Shown here: positions 19,568 to 27,729 of the stretch, one piece after another
Position numbering within the stretch: position 1 is the stretch's first letter
Layout: every line of letters starts with the position of its first letter
NCBI RefSeq assembly: GCF_020873875.1
Contig: NZ_JAHWGU010000013.1
Span: 52,955-92,954 of the forward strand
Length of the DNA: 40,000 nt
DNA from: Actinoplanes sp. DH11
Lineage (GTDB): Bacteria; Actinomycetota; Actinomycetes; Mycobacteriales; Micromonosporaceae
Direction: 5' to 3'
Position numbers and translations under genes: made by a program
The notes under the pieces: model-generated
What the model saw: only the letters and a program-made list of their open reading frames with translations
Told to the model about the DNA's origin: nothing
The model's database searches: none

Positions 19568-19905
19568 TCAGTTACGGCCTGCGGTGAGGCGTCCTTCGAA
19601 GGCGAGGTCGAAGGCGTTTAGGGCTGGTTTCCAGCGCATGGTCCAGCGGCGCTGGCGGTGCCGGTCGGGTCCAGGGCCATCACGGCGAGGTAGACGCATT
19701 TCAGGGCGGCCTGTCGTTCGGGAAGTGCCCGCGGGCCGGACGGCCCGGCGGATGCGGGCGTTCACGCTCTCGGTCGCATTCGTCGAGCAGACGACCCTGC
19801 GGATCTCGGCGTCGAAGGCCAGGAACGGCACGAACTCGGCCCAGGGGTTCTCCCAGAGCCTGACGATCACCGGGTATTTCCCGCCCCAGACCTCGGCGAG
19901 CTCCA
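19568..19905 (-). pseudogene. IS256-family transposase C-terminal remnant (5' part missing, internal frameshifts)
   Basis: It contains KYPVIVRLWENPWAEFVPFLAFDAEIRRVVCSTNATESVNARIRRAVR and RWTMRWKPALNAFDLAFEGRL. The middle reads correctly (FPERQAALKCVYLAVMALDPTG) only in another frame. It is truncated at 19905/19906 by the IS3 end. Confidence 0.8.
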
Positions 19906-19933
19906 TGTCAAGCCCCGGGTTTGATGGAGTTGG

Positions 19934-20240
19934 TTAGCTGTTTTTCAGAGGTGCGGTGACCGGGTGGGTCATCGCGTGCAGGGCTTCGTGTTCGGCGGGT
20001 GGGACGTGTCCGAGTTCGCCGTGCAGGCGTCGGTTGTTGTACCAGTCGATGTACTCGACGGTGGCCATTTCAAGGTCGTCGAGTCCGCGCCATGGACCTC
20101 GGTTGCGGACGAGTTCGGCTTTGAACAGGGAGTTGAACGCTTCGGCCATCGCGTTGTCGTAGGAATCGCCCTTCGAGCCCACCAAGGCGACGGCGCCGGC
20201 CTCGGCAAGTCGCTGGCTGTAGCGGATCGCTCGGTATTGG
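19934..20240 (-). pseudogene. IS3 OrfB (DDE integrase core) C-terminal fragment
   Basis: The sequence ...QYRAIRYSQRLAEAGAVALVGSKGDSYDNAMAEAFNSLFKAELV...YIDWYNNRRLHGELG is the classic IS3 rve-domain end. It continues the reading frame broken at 21691. Confidence 0.85.
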
Positions 20241-21690
20241 GTGAGTTCAACCGGTCGTCGCAACACTCGGGGTATGGGAGTGTTGACGGGTCGGCCTGCA
20301 GGGTGGATGAAGACATTGACGGGCAGAGCGGCGATGAAGTCGCCGGGGGCACCGGCACTGCGACGCGAAGTCGAGCGGCTGTTCTGGCGTGAGATCCGGA
20401 AGGGTCTGCCCTGCGAAGATGCTGCTAACGCGGTCGACGTGTCACAAGCAGCAGGTGCCCGATGGTTCCGGCAACGTGGCGGTATGCCGCTATTCATGGT
20501 CGCGCCGGTCACCGGCCGGTACCTGTCGTTCGCCGAGCGCGAAGAGATCGCCGTGCTCAACGGTCAGGGCCTCGGCATCCGTGAGATAGCCCGCGCAGTA
20601 GGCCGGGATCCGTCGACGATCTCGCGGGAACTGCGCCGCAACGCGGCGACCCGCGGCGGCGAGCTCGACTATCGCGCGTCGGTGGCGCAGTGGAAGGCCG
20701 ACCTGCTCGCGCGACGCCCGAAGGCGTCAAAGCTGGTCACGAACGAATGGCTGCGCGAATACGTGCAGGAACGTCTCTCTGGTCACGTCCGCCGCGCCGA
20801 TGGAACACCGGTGCCCGGCCCGGCCGCGGCGCCGTGGAAGGGACGCAACAAGCCGCGACGCCAGGACCGTCGCTGGGTCAGCGCGTGGAGTCCGGAGCAG
20901 ATCGCGCGCCGGCTGCGCATCGACTTCCCCGATGATGAGGACATGCGCATCTCGCACGAAGCGATCTACCAGGCGCTGTTCATCCAGGGCCGGGGCGCGT
21001 TGAAGCGCGAGCTGGTCGCCTGCCTGCGGACCGGGCGCGCCCTGCGGGTGCCACGCGCCAGGGCCCGGCAGCCTCGCGACGGCATGGTCACCCCCGAGGT
21101 GATAATCACGGAACGGCCCGCCGAGGCAGCGGATCGCGCTGTGCCTGGCCATTGGGAAGGCGACCTCATCATCGGACTCGACCGATCCGCGATCGGCACC
21201 CTTGTAGAACGCACGACCCGCTAAACGATGCTGCTGCACCTGCCTCGCATGGAGGGCTTCGGCGCCGAACTGCGCGTGCACAACGGCCCGGCGCTGGCCG
21301 GCCGGGGCGCCGCAGCTGTCCGCGACGCGATCACCACAACGATCACCATGCTGCCGGATCAACTGCGCCAGACGCTGACCTGGGACCGCGGGAAGGAACT
21401 CGCGCAACACGCCCAGCTGACCATCGACACCGGCGTGCGGGTCTACTTTGCGGACCCGCACAGCCCGTGGCAACGCGGCACCAACGGGAACACCAACGGC
21501 CTGCTGCGCCAGTACTTCCCGAAAGGCACCGACCTGGCCCGCTGGAGCCGCGACGACCTCGATGCGGTCGCCGCAACACTCAACAACCGACCACGTAAGA
21601 CACTCGGCTGGCAAACACCCGCCGAAGCCATGAACGAGCAGCTACTGTCAGTACAAAGCAGCGTTGTTGCGACGACCGGTTGAATACGGG
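20241..21690 (+). mobile_element. IS30-family insertion sequence inserted in IS3 orfB
   Basis: Perfect 19-bp inverted-repeat cores: TTCAACCGGTCGTCGCAAC at 20246-20264, with its reverse complement at 21666-21684. TTGG occurs on both flanks (20237-20240 and 21691-21694). Deleting the element plus one TTGG restores ...HHSDRGVQYRAIRY... in IS3 OrfB. The ends are good to about +/-6 bp. Confidence 0.85.
20334..21683 (+). pseudogene. IS30-family transposase with an in-frame TAA stop at 21222-21224
   Basis: Track ORFs 20241..21224 and 21228..21683 are in the same frame, separated only by TAA (…LVERTTR*TMLLHLP…). It has an N-terminal HTH (LSFAEREEIAVLNGQGLGIREIARAVGRDPSTISRELRRN) and a DDE region (HWEGDLI ... 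TWDRGKE ... NGNTNGLLRQYFPKGTDL). Confidence 0.85.
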
Positions 21691-22308
21691 TTGGACGCCC
21701 CGGTCGGAGTGGTGGACCAGGTTGCGCAGGTCAGCGTTGTGGTTCTCGCGGCGCCAGATCGCCGTCTTCAGCGCGTCGAGGGCAAGATCGGTGTAGAGCG
21801 ACGTGGCGACCTGCCAGCCGACGATCAGCCGGGAGTACACGTCGAGGACGAACGCGGCGTAGACCCAGCCGACGCTGGTGCGCACGTAGGTCAGGTCGGC
21901 GACCCACAGCTGGTTCGGATGCTCCGCGGTAAAGTCACGTTTGACCAGGTCACGTGGCCGGTCGGTCTCAGCGGCCGGCCGGGTCGTGCGCGGTGGCTTG
22001 TCGCGCAGCAGTCCGCGGAGCCCGGCTGCTCGCATCAGCCGCTCGACCGTGCACCGGGCCACCGCAACGCCGCGTCGATGCAGTTCGTGCCAGATCTTGC
22101 GGGCACCGTAAACGCCGTAGTTTTCCGCGTGGATCCGCTTGATCAGCGTGGTCAGCTCGTCATCGCGCCGGGAACGGGCCGAGGCCGGGCGGTTCCTGGC
22201 GGCGTAGTAGGTCGACGGTGCGATCTGTGCCGGCGTGTCTTCGAGCGCCTGCAGGACCGGCTGGACACCATGTTCTTCCTGTTGAGAGTCGACGAAGGCG
22301 ACCTTCAT
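21691..22308 (-). pseudogene. IS3 OrfB N-terminal fragment
   Basis: The sequence ...YGARKIWHELHRRGVAVARCTVERLMRAAGLRG...PNQLWVADLTYVRT..GWVYAAFVLDVYSRLIVGW...LVHHSDRGVQ ends exactly at the IS30 insertion point. Confidence 0.85.
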
Positions 22309-22622
22309 CGCGACGGACGGTCCAGCTCCGCCGCGAAGAAAGACGCCGCGGACTTCAGGATCTGATTCGCCCGGCGCAGCTCACGATTCTCCCGTTCAAG
22401 AGCGGCGAGACGTTCCGCGTCGCCGCTGGTGGTGCCCGGCCGGTCACCCGCGTCGATCTCGGCTTTCTTCACCCACGTCCGCAACGCCTCCGGATGAATC
22501 CCGAGCTGGTCGGCGATCCGCCGGATCGCCCCGACCGCGGACGCCGGATCCCGGCGGGCCTCGACCGCCAACCGGGTCGCACGCTCACGCAGTTCATCGG
22601 GGTACTTCTTCGGTGCCGCCAT
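22305..22622 (-). CDS. IS3-family OrfA (HTH transposase subunit)
   Basis: 105 aa, MAAPKKYPDELRERATRLAVE...ERENRELRRANQILKSAASFFAAELDRPSR, which is the typical IS3/IS911 OrfA with a leucine-zipper end. Confidence 0.88.
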   Translation of the reverse strand: MAAPKKYPDELRERATRLAVEARRDPASAVGAIRRIADQLGIHPEALRTWVKKAEIDAGDRPGTTSGDAERLAALERENRELRRANQILKSAASFFAAELDRPSR

Positions 22623-23140
22623 AGCTCGATTTTCTCCCAGGTTCGGATGTCTCCATCAAACCCGGGGCGGAACATCCTCAGCTTATAGGTCATGCTCGCC
22701 GACATCCAACGTGAGTACGCCGGGGCTGGACTCGCGGTGATCTGGGCACAGGCACCGTGTCATCGACGGATCGCTGGCAGGCATCGTCAAGCCGTACAGG
22801 CGGCCAAGGAAATTTCCAGCCACCCCCTGCGACTAGCAGCGGTGCAGTATTGCTCGGGGGAGGGGACCTGGTTGGAGCAAAAACTGTAGAGAGGCGCTTC
22901 CTCCTGCCGCGCGGTAGTTTCCACCGCAAGTTCACTCAAGCGAGAGGGGTTGATGCCGATCTGGGCGATGTTGCATAGCGTGACGCGGTGATACGCACCC
23001 GGTGTTCCAGCGCGTCGCGTCTCCCGCCTCATTTTTACGGGCTTAAGTTCGGTAGGGTTGCGTGGTTCAGAACGAGTGAAACTGCGGCCCGGCTGTCGGG
23101 TCGGGTGATGCAGTTTCTGCGATGGAAGGCAGATGAAGGC

Positions 23141-23845
23141 ATGTCTGAGACGAAGCAGAAAGCGGTGGTCCTGCTCAGCGGCGGCCTCGACTCCGCCACG
23201 GTGCTCGCGATGGCCCTGCACGACGGGTATGAGCCTTATGCGCTGAGTTTCCGGTACGGCCAGCGTCACACGGTCGAGTTGGACGCTGCGAGTGCGGTTG
23301 CGAAGCAGTTCGGGGTCCGTAACCACGTCATTGCCGACATCGATCTGCGGGGCTTCGGGGGTTCTGCGCTGACAGACGACGGGATCGAGGTGCCGCACTA
23401 CGGAAGCGTCGATGACTTGAGCCAGGACATTCCGGTTACGTACGTGCCTGCACGTAACACGATCTTTCTGTCCTTCGCTCTGGCGTGGGCCGAGACACTG
23501 GATGCCTCAGATGTGTTCATCGGTGTGAACGCGCTTGACTACAGCGGGTACCCCGACTGCAGGCCGGAGTTCATCGCCGCTTACGAAACGATGGCGAACC
23601 TGGCCACGAAGGCCGGGGTGGAAGGCCGGCAGAGGCTCCGCATCCACACACCGCTCATCAAGTTGACCAAGGCGGAGACGATCCGTCGCGGGTTGGAATT
23701 GGGCGTCGACTACTCTCTGACGCACAGTTGCTACGACCCGGTCGATGGCCGCGCCTGTGGGACGTGTGATTCGTGTCTGCTGCGCGGGCGTGGCTTCGCT
23801 GAGCTCGGTCTCACCGACCCGGCTCTCGCCCCAGCCGGAGAATGA
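23141..23845 (+). CDS. queC: 7-cyano-7-deazaguanine (preQ0) synthase QueC
   Basis: [20 protein letters not shown] (PP-loop SGGxDS) and a C-terminal zinc cluster [20 protein letters not shown] prefer ATG 23141 (GAAGG upstream) over the track start 22988. Confidence 0.95.
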   Translation: MSETKQKAVVLLSGGLDSATVLAMALHDGYEPYALSFRYGQRHTVELDAASAVAKQFGVRNHVIADIDLRGFGGSALTDDGIEVPHYGSVDDLSQDIPVTYVPARNTIFLSFALAWAETLDASDVFIGVNALDYSGYPDCRPEFIAAYETMANLATKAGVEGRQRLRIHTPLIKLTKAETIRRGLELGVDYSLTHSCYDPVDGRACGTCDSCLLRGRGFAELGLTDPALAPAGE

Positions 23846-23851
23846 TCAGCG

Positions 23852-24490
23852 GTGTATCGAGTCAAAGAGATTTTCTACACCCTGCAGGGTGAGGGCTCGC
23901 ATGCTGGCCGACCGGCTGTGTTCTGCCGATTCACGAGCTGCAACCTGTGGACGGGCCGGGAGAAGGACCGGCATCGGGCCATCTGCCAGTTCTGCGACAC
24001 GGACTTCGTCGGTACAGACGGCCCTGGTGGGGGGCGATTTCGCACCGCGGCGGACTTAGCCGCCGCGGTTGCTCGAGCTTGGGAGGGCGAGCCGCACGAG
24101 CGAAGCAAGCCCTACGTCGTCTGCACTGGCGGCGAGCCGTTGCTGCAACTCGACGACGATGCAGTGCATGCCCTTCACGACGCCGGTTTCGAGGTCGCGG
24201 TCGAGACCAACGGGACGCAGCCGGCCCCGGCCGGTCTTGATTGGATCTGCGTCAGCCCGAAAGCTGGAGCACCGGTCGTGCTGACCCGCGGACACGATCT
24301 AAAATTAGTCTTCCCGCAGGTAGGCGTTGAACCCGCAATGTTCGAAGACCTGGAATTTGAGCACTTCATGCTTCAGCCAATGGACGGACCGGACCGAGTA
24401 GCAAACACCGAGGCCGCAGTCCGTTACTGCATGAAGCATCCGCAATGGCGTTTGAGTCTTCAGACGCATAAGTACATTGGAATCGCGTGA
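23852..24490 (+). CDS. queE: 7-carboxy-7-deazaguanine synthase QueE (radical SAM)
   Basis: 212 aa. [32 protein letters not shown]...CQFCDTDF shows the Cx14CxxC-type QueE cluster. [10 protein letters not shown] is also present. Confidence 0.93.
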   Translation: MYRVKEIFYTLQGEGSHAGRPAVFCRFTSCNLWTGREKDRHRAICQFCDTDFVGTDGPGGGRFRTAADLAAAVARAWEGEPHERSKPYVVCTGGEPLLQLDDDAVHALHDAGFEVAVETNGTQPAPAGLDWICVSPKAGAPVVLTRGHDLKLVFPQVGVEPAMFEDLEFEHFMLQPMDGPDRVANTEAAVRYCMKHPQWRLSLQTHKYIGIA

Positions 24491-24846
24491 TGGAAATATT
24501 CCGGGAGTTCACCTTTGAGGCCGCCCACCGGCTGCCCAATGTGCCGGAAGGTCACAAATGCGCCCGGTTGCACGGCCACTCGTATCGAGTCCAACTGCAT
24601 GTCACCGGCGAGGTCGACCCGCAGGCCGGTTGGCTGATGGACTTCGGCGACCTGAAAAAGGCGTTCCAGCCGTTGCATGCCCAACTCGACCATTACTACC
24701 TCAACGAGGTGGCGGGGCTGGAGAACCCGACCAGTGAGGTGCTCGCCCGCTGGATCTGGGACCGGCTCATCGACCAATTGCCGCTGTCCGCCGTGATGGT
24801 GCGCGAGACCTGCACCTCCGGCTGCATTTACCGAGGAGAGCAGTGA
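24487..24846 (+). CDS. queD: 6-carboxy-5,6,7,8-tetrahydropterin synthase QueD
   Basis: 119 aa. [26 protein letters not shown] is the PTPS-family zinc and catalytic motif. The junction is GTGATG (starts possible at 24487 or 24490). Confidence 0.95.
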   Translation: MMEIFREFTFEAAHRLPNVPEGHKCARLHGHSYRVQLHVTGEVDPQAGWLMDFGDLKKAFQPLHAQLDHYYLNEVAGLENPTSEVLARWIWDRLIDQLPLSAVMVRETCTSGCIYRGEQ

Positions 24847-25646
24847 TGTTGCCGGACGTGCAGGGGCTGCCGGACGAGCGAGGCGTCGCCCTGGACGAGG
24901 TCGGCATCGAGGGCCTGCGCTACCCGTTGCTGATCGCCGACGGCCAGGGCGTCAAGCGTGAGACGGTCGCCACCGTGGACATGTCGGTCGGCATCGGCGC
25001 GGACGTCAAGGGTGCACACCTGAGCCGCTTCGTCGAGGTGCTGCACGCCTGGCGAGACCAACTCGACCGGGCGAGCGCGCAGAGCCTGGCCGAGGACGTC
25101 CGGACCCGGCTCGGCACCGACAATGCGCAGGTCCGGCTGTCGTTCGCCTACTTTCTCGAGCGAACGGCACCGGTGACCGGAGCCCCGTCCTTCTCCGAGT
25201 ATCAATGCGCCCTCTCAGTCACTTCCAGCGACCGTGATACATCGCTGGAGCTTCAGGTCCGAGTCCCGGTGACCAGCGTTTGCCCGTGCAGCAAGGCGAT
25301 TAGTGACCGAGGCGCGCACAACCAGCGCGGCTACGTCACCGTCGTGGCAGAACCGTCGGATGGATCGCAGATCTGGTTCGACGACCTCATTGAGGTTGCG
25401 GAGGCCTCCGGGTCATCGCCGGTGTACGCGCTCTTGAAGCGTCCCGACGAAAGGCACGTCACCATGGCCGGGTACGACAACCCGGTTTTCGTTGAGGACA
25501 TGGCACGCCAAGTTGCGGTCACACTGCGGCAAGACGCCCGGGTAACCCGTTTCCGGGTGCGGGTTGTCAACGACGAGAGCATTCACAATCACGCTGCTTA
25601 TGCCCAGTTAGGCTGGATGACGACTGCAGCTACCGGGGACGTGTGA
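24843..25646 (+). CDS. folE2: GTP cyclohydrolase I type 2 (FolE2 / GCYH-IB)
   Basis: 267 aa with [35 protein letters not shown] and [23 protein letters not shown], all characteristic of GCYH-IB. The junction is GTGATG (24843 or 24846). Confidence 0.9.
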   Translation: MMLPDVQGLPDERGVALDEVGIEGLRYPLLIADGQGVKRETVATVDMSVGIGADVKGAHLSRFVEVLHAWRDQLDRASAQSLAEDVRTRLGTDNAQVRLSFAYFLERTAPVTGAPSFSEYQCALSVTSSDRDTSLELQVRVPVTSVCPCSKAISDRGAHNQRGYVTVVAEPSDGSQIWFDDLIEVAEASGSSPVYALLKRPDERHVTMAGYDNPVFVEDMARQVAVTLRQDARVTRFRVRVVNDESIHNHAAYAQLGWMTTAATGDV

Positions 25647-26590
25647 TGTCCAGCGTGGCACCGGCCACCTCGCCGGTCCACATCATCGTCACCTGCGCCA
25701 ACCGGAAAAGAGCCCCGATTCCCGAAGGCCTTCGACTGGGAGACCTCCGGGATCACGCAGAGGCGAAGCGATTCTCGGTGTGGGCGGAACGGCTCGTCGC
25801 CGCCACGCCGCGCATGCCCGCGATCGACCTCTACGGCGGAGAACATTGGCAGGCGGTCCGTGCCCTCCAGCAGGCTGTCGACGGCACCGCCCGTCTCTGG
25901 GTCTGCTCCGCAGGGTACGGCCTCGTGCCGATCGACGCGCAGCTCGTTCCGTACGCGGCCACGTTCGCTCCCGGCATGGACGATTCCGCTGGTTCGTCGC
26001 CGGCCGCGATGCGGGAGTGGTGGCGGCAGTTGACCCGTTGGGAGTGGCCGGCCGCGGATACGTCGCGGTCATTCGCCGATTTGGCCCGCCAGGACCCGCG
26101 GTCCACCATCGTCGCGGTGCTGTCCGAGTCGTACATGCGGGCATGCAGCGACGATCTGCGGGACGCCGCCGCTGGCTTGGCCGACCGGGAGCAGTTCGCG
26201 ATCCTGGGCCCGCCTAAGCGATGCGCAGAACTTGACGAGTTCGTCGTGCCGGTCACAGCTGCGCTGCGCTCGGTGGTCGGCGGCAGCATGCAGGCACTCA
26301 ATGTCCGTACCGCCATGCACCTACTCACCGCAGTGGGTAGCAATGTGGGGTTCAGCACGCTGCGCAAGCTTGCCCGCGAGACCGCCGAGGCCGCACCGCC
26401 CGATCCGGGCCGCCGGCCGACCGGGCAGAAGCTGGGGGACCAGGAGGTTCGCGACTACATCCGACAGGCCCTCAGCGACGGCCCGGGCACGGCCACGAGC
26501 CTGCTGCGGCGTCTGCGTGCAGCAGGCCAGTCCTGCGAGCAGGCCCGTTTCCACGGCCTGTTCGCCGAGGTCCGGGCGGAGGCAGGATGA
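25643..26590 (+). CDS. YaaA/DUF328-like protein with C-terminal extension; positional DpdC candidate
   Basis: 315 aa. By eye, the blocks are collinear with E. coli YaaA as I remember it: IIVTCANRK~ILISPAKT, LYGGEHW~[29 protein letters not shown]~[35 protein letters not shown]~VVINLASDEYFKSV. It is coupled on both sides (GTGATG, ATGA). Confidence 0.5.
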   Translation: [315 protein letters not shown]

Positions 26591-27729
26591 CCGCCGACTT
26601 CTCAGCGACGCAGTTGGTCCGTCGGGCGCTCCGGATCGAGCAGACCGACAAGTACCCGATGTTCATGTTTGCCCTGCGTGCTGACGAGGTTCTGCAGATC
26701 GCCGAGATCTCCCGGGTGAGCCGGGACGAGGCTGGCAACCTAATCGGGTACCAACGGCCAGAGGTGCGTCGCCACGTCGCTGAGATCATCGAATACCTCA
26801 ACACCGATGGCTCGCTGTTTCCCAATCCGATAATCCTGGCGCTGTCGTCGCGGAGCCGATTCGAGTCGAGCCGAGGGCCGGGAGCCGGTGACGGCCTCTC
26901 TACCTCCGGTCGACTGACGATTCCGCTGCCGACGAAGGGGAAACCCAAGCCTGCCTGGATCGTGGACGGCCAACAGCGTGCACTTGCCCTGTCGCGGACC
27001 AACCGCAGTGACTTCCCGGTGCCGGTGACCGCGTTCGTGGCCGACAGCGTTAGCCTGCAGCGTGACCAGTTCCTGCGGGTCAACAACACCCGTCCGCTGC
27101 CACGAGGCTTGGTCACCGAACTGCTGCCCGAGGTCGACAGCCCGCTTCCACCACGGTTGGCGATTCGCAAGGCGCCTGCGGCACTGTGCGATGTGCTCAA
27201 CACAGACCCCAGTTCACCGATGTACGGGCTGATCAAGCGCGCTTCCACGGCCCGAGACCAGGCTCCGCAGGCGGTCATCACCGACACCGTGGTCGTCAAT
27301 ATGTTGAACGAGAGTCTCACCTCACCGTCCGGGTGCTTGTTTCCCTACCGGGACGTCAGCCGGAACGAGACCGACTTCGATGGCATTCTGCAGGCACTGT
27401 TCACCTACTGGTCGGCGGTCCGGGACACTTTTCCGGATGCCTGGGGAAAACCGGCGAGCAAGAGCAGGTTGATGCACGGCGCTGGCATTCGTGCGATGGG
27501 CCGCCTAATGGACCGCATCCTCGGCGTGGTCGATCCGCGCAGTCCCAACGCTTCCGAAACCATTCGGCAGCACCTTGCCCTCATCGCGCCGTACTGCCGT
27601 TGGACCGAGGGCAAGTGGGACGAACTGAACATGCACTGGAACGAGATAGAAAACATGCATCGACATATTCAAGAGTTGTCCAGCTATCTCATCCGGGTCC
27701 ACCGGAACTCCCGGGCGGAACTGACGTGA
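26587..27729 (+). CDS. DGQHR-domain (DndB-like, ParB-fold) protein, DpdB-like paralogue 1
   Basis: 380 aa with GYQRPEVRRHVAEIIEYL, FPNPIILAL, WIVDGQQRALAL (motif at 26965-26979 reads DGQQR) and QRDQFLRVNNTRPLPRGL. Confidence 0.85.
   Translation: MTADFSATQLVRRALRIEQTDKYPMFMFALRADEVLQIAEISRVSRDEAGNLIGYQRPEVRRHVAEIIEYLNTDGSLFPNPIILALSSRSRFESSRGPGAGDGLSTSGRLTIPLPTKGKPKPAWIVDGQQRALALSRTNRSDFPVPVTAFVADSVSLQRDQFLRVNNTRPLPRGLVTELLPEVDSPLPPRLAIRKAPAALCDVLNTDPSSPMYGLIKRASTARDQAPQAVITDTVVVNMLNESLTSPSGCLFPYRDVSRNETDFDGILQALFTYWSAVRDTFPDAWGKPASKSRLMHGAGIRAMGRLMDRILGVVDPRSPNASETIRQHLALIAPYCRWTEGKWDELNMHWNEIENMHRHIQELSSYLIRVHRNSRAELT

Larger units (their letters stand above)
19906..22674 (-). mobile_element. 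IS3-family insertion sequence (about 1.32 kb of its own sequence), itself split by an IS30-family element
   Basis: Terminal inverted repeats are TGTCAAGCCCCGGGTTTGATGGAG (19906->) and TGTTCCGCCCCGGGTTTGATGGAG (reverse complement ending at 22674). It has the orfA/orfB organisation with an ATGA overlap. The flanking triplets differ (CCA vs TCC), so no target duplication is visible. Confidence 0.85.

Noticed and set aside
19470-19937. 155-aa plus-strand ORF across the IS256 remnant
   Set aside because: It is antisense to clearly recognisable IS256 transposase blocks on the minus strand, and its composition is Arg-rich.
22692-22889. 65-aa plus-strand ORF just right of the IS3 end, considered as the missing part of the IS256 or IS701 transposase
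   Set aside because: The translation (MLADIQREYAGAGLAVIWAQAPCH...) shows no transposase-like blocks in any frame I read. I treat it as non-coding island flank.
22787-23032. 81-codon minus-strand ORF divergent from queC with an HTH-looking stretch ([22 protein letters not shown]), a possible island regulator
   Set aside because: The spacing does not fit the Xre/Cro HTH consensus well, the rest of the peptide is Cys/Arg-rich and odd, and no RBS is evident. I record it as a possibility only. An HHpred run or conservation next to other dpd islands would be needed.
22960-23075. Promoter-like hexamers upstream of queC (for example TTGCAT at ~22970 and TAGGGT at ~23064)
   Set aside because: The spacings to a partner hexamer do not fit 16-18 bp convincingly. 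They cannot be supported without transcription start site data.
27186-27725. N-terminal 180-aa extension of the dpdA ORF in the track. Similar extensions occur at 3952-4947, 15198-15335, 22988-23140, 32129-32680, 32653-32865 and 37736-37864.
   Set aside because: The extensions overlap the preceding real genes in another frame and look non-protein-like. Internal starts with RBS or stop-overlap coupling give family-typical N-termini.
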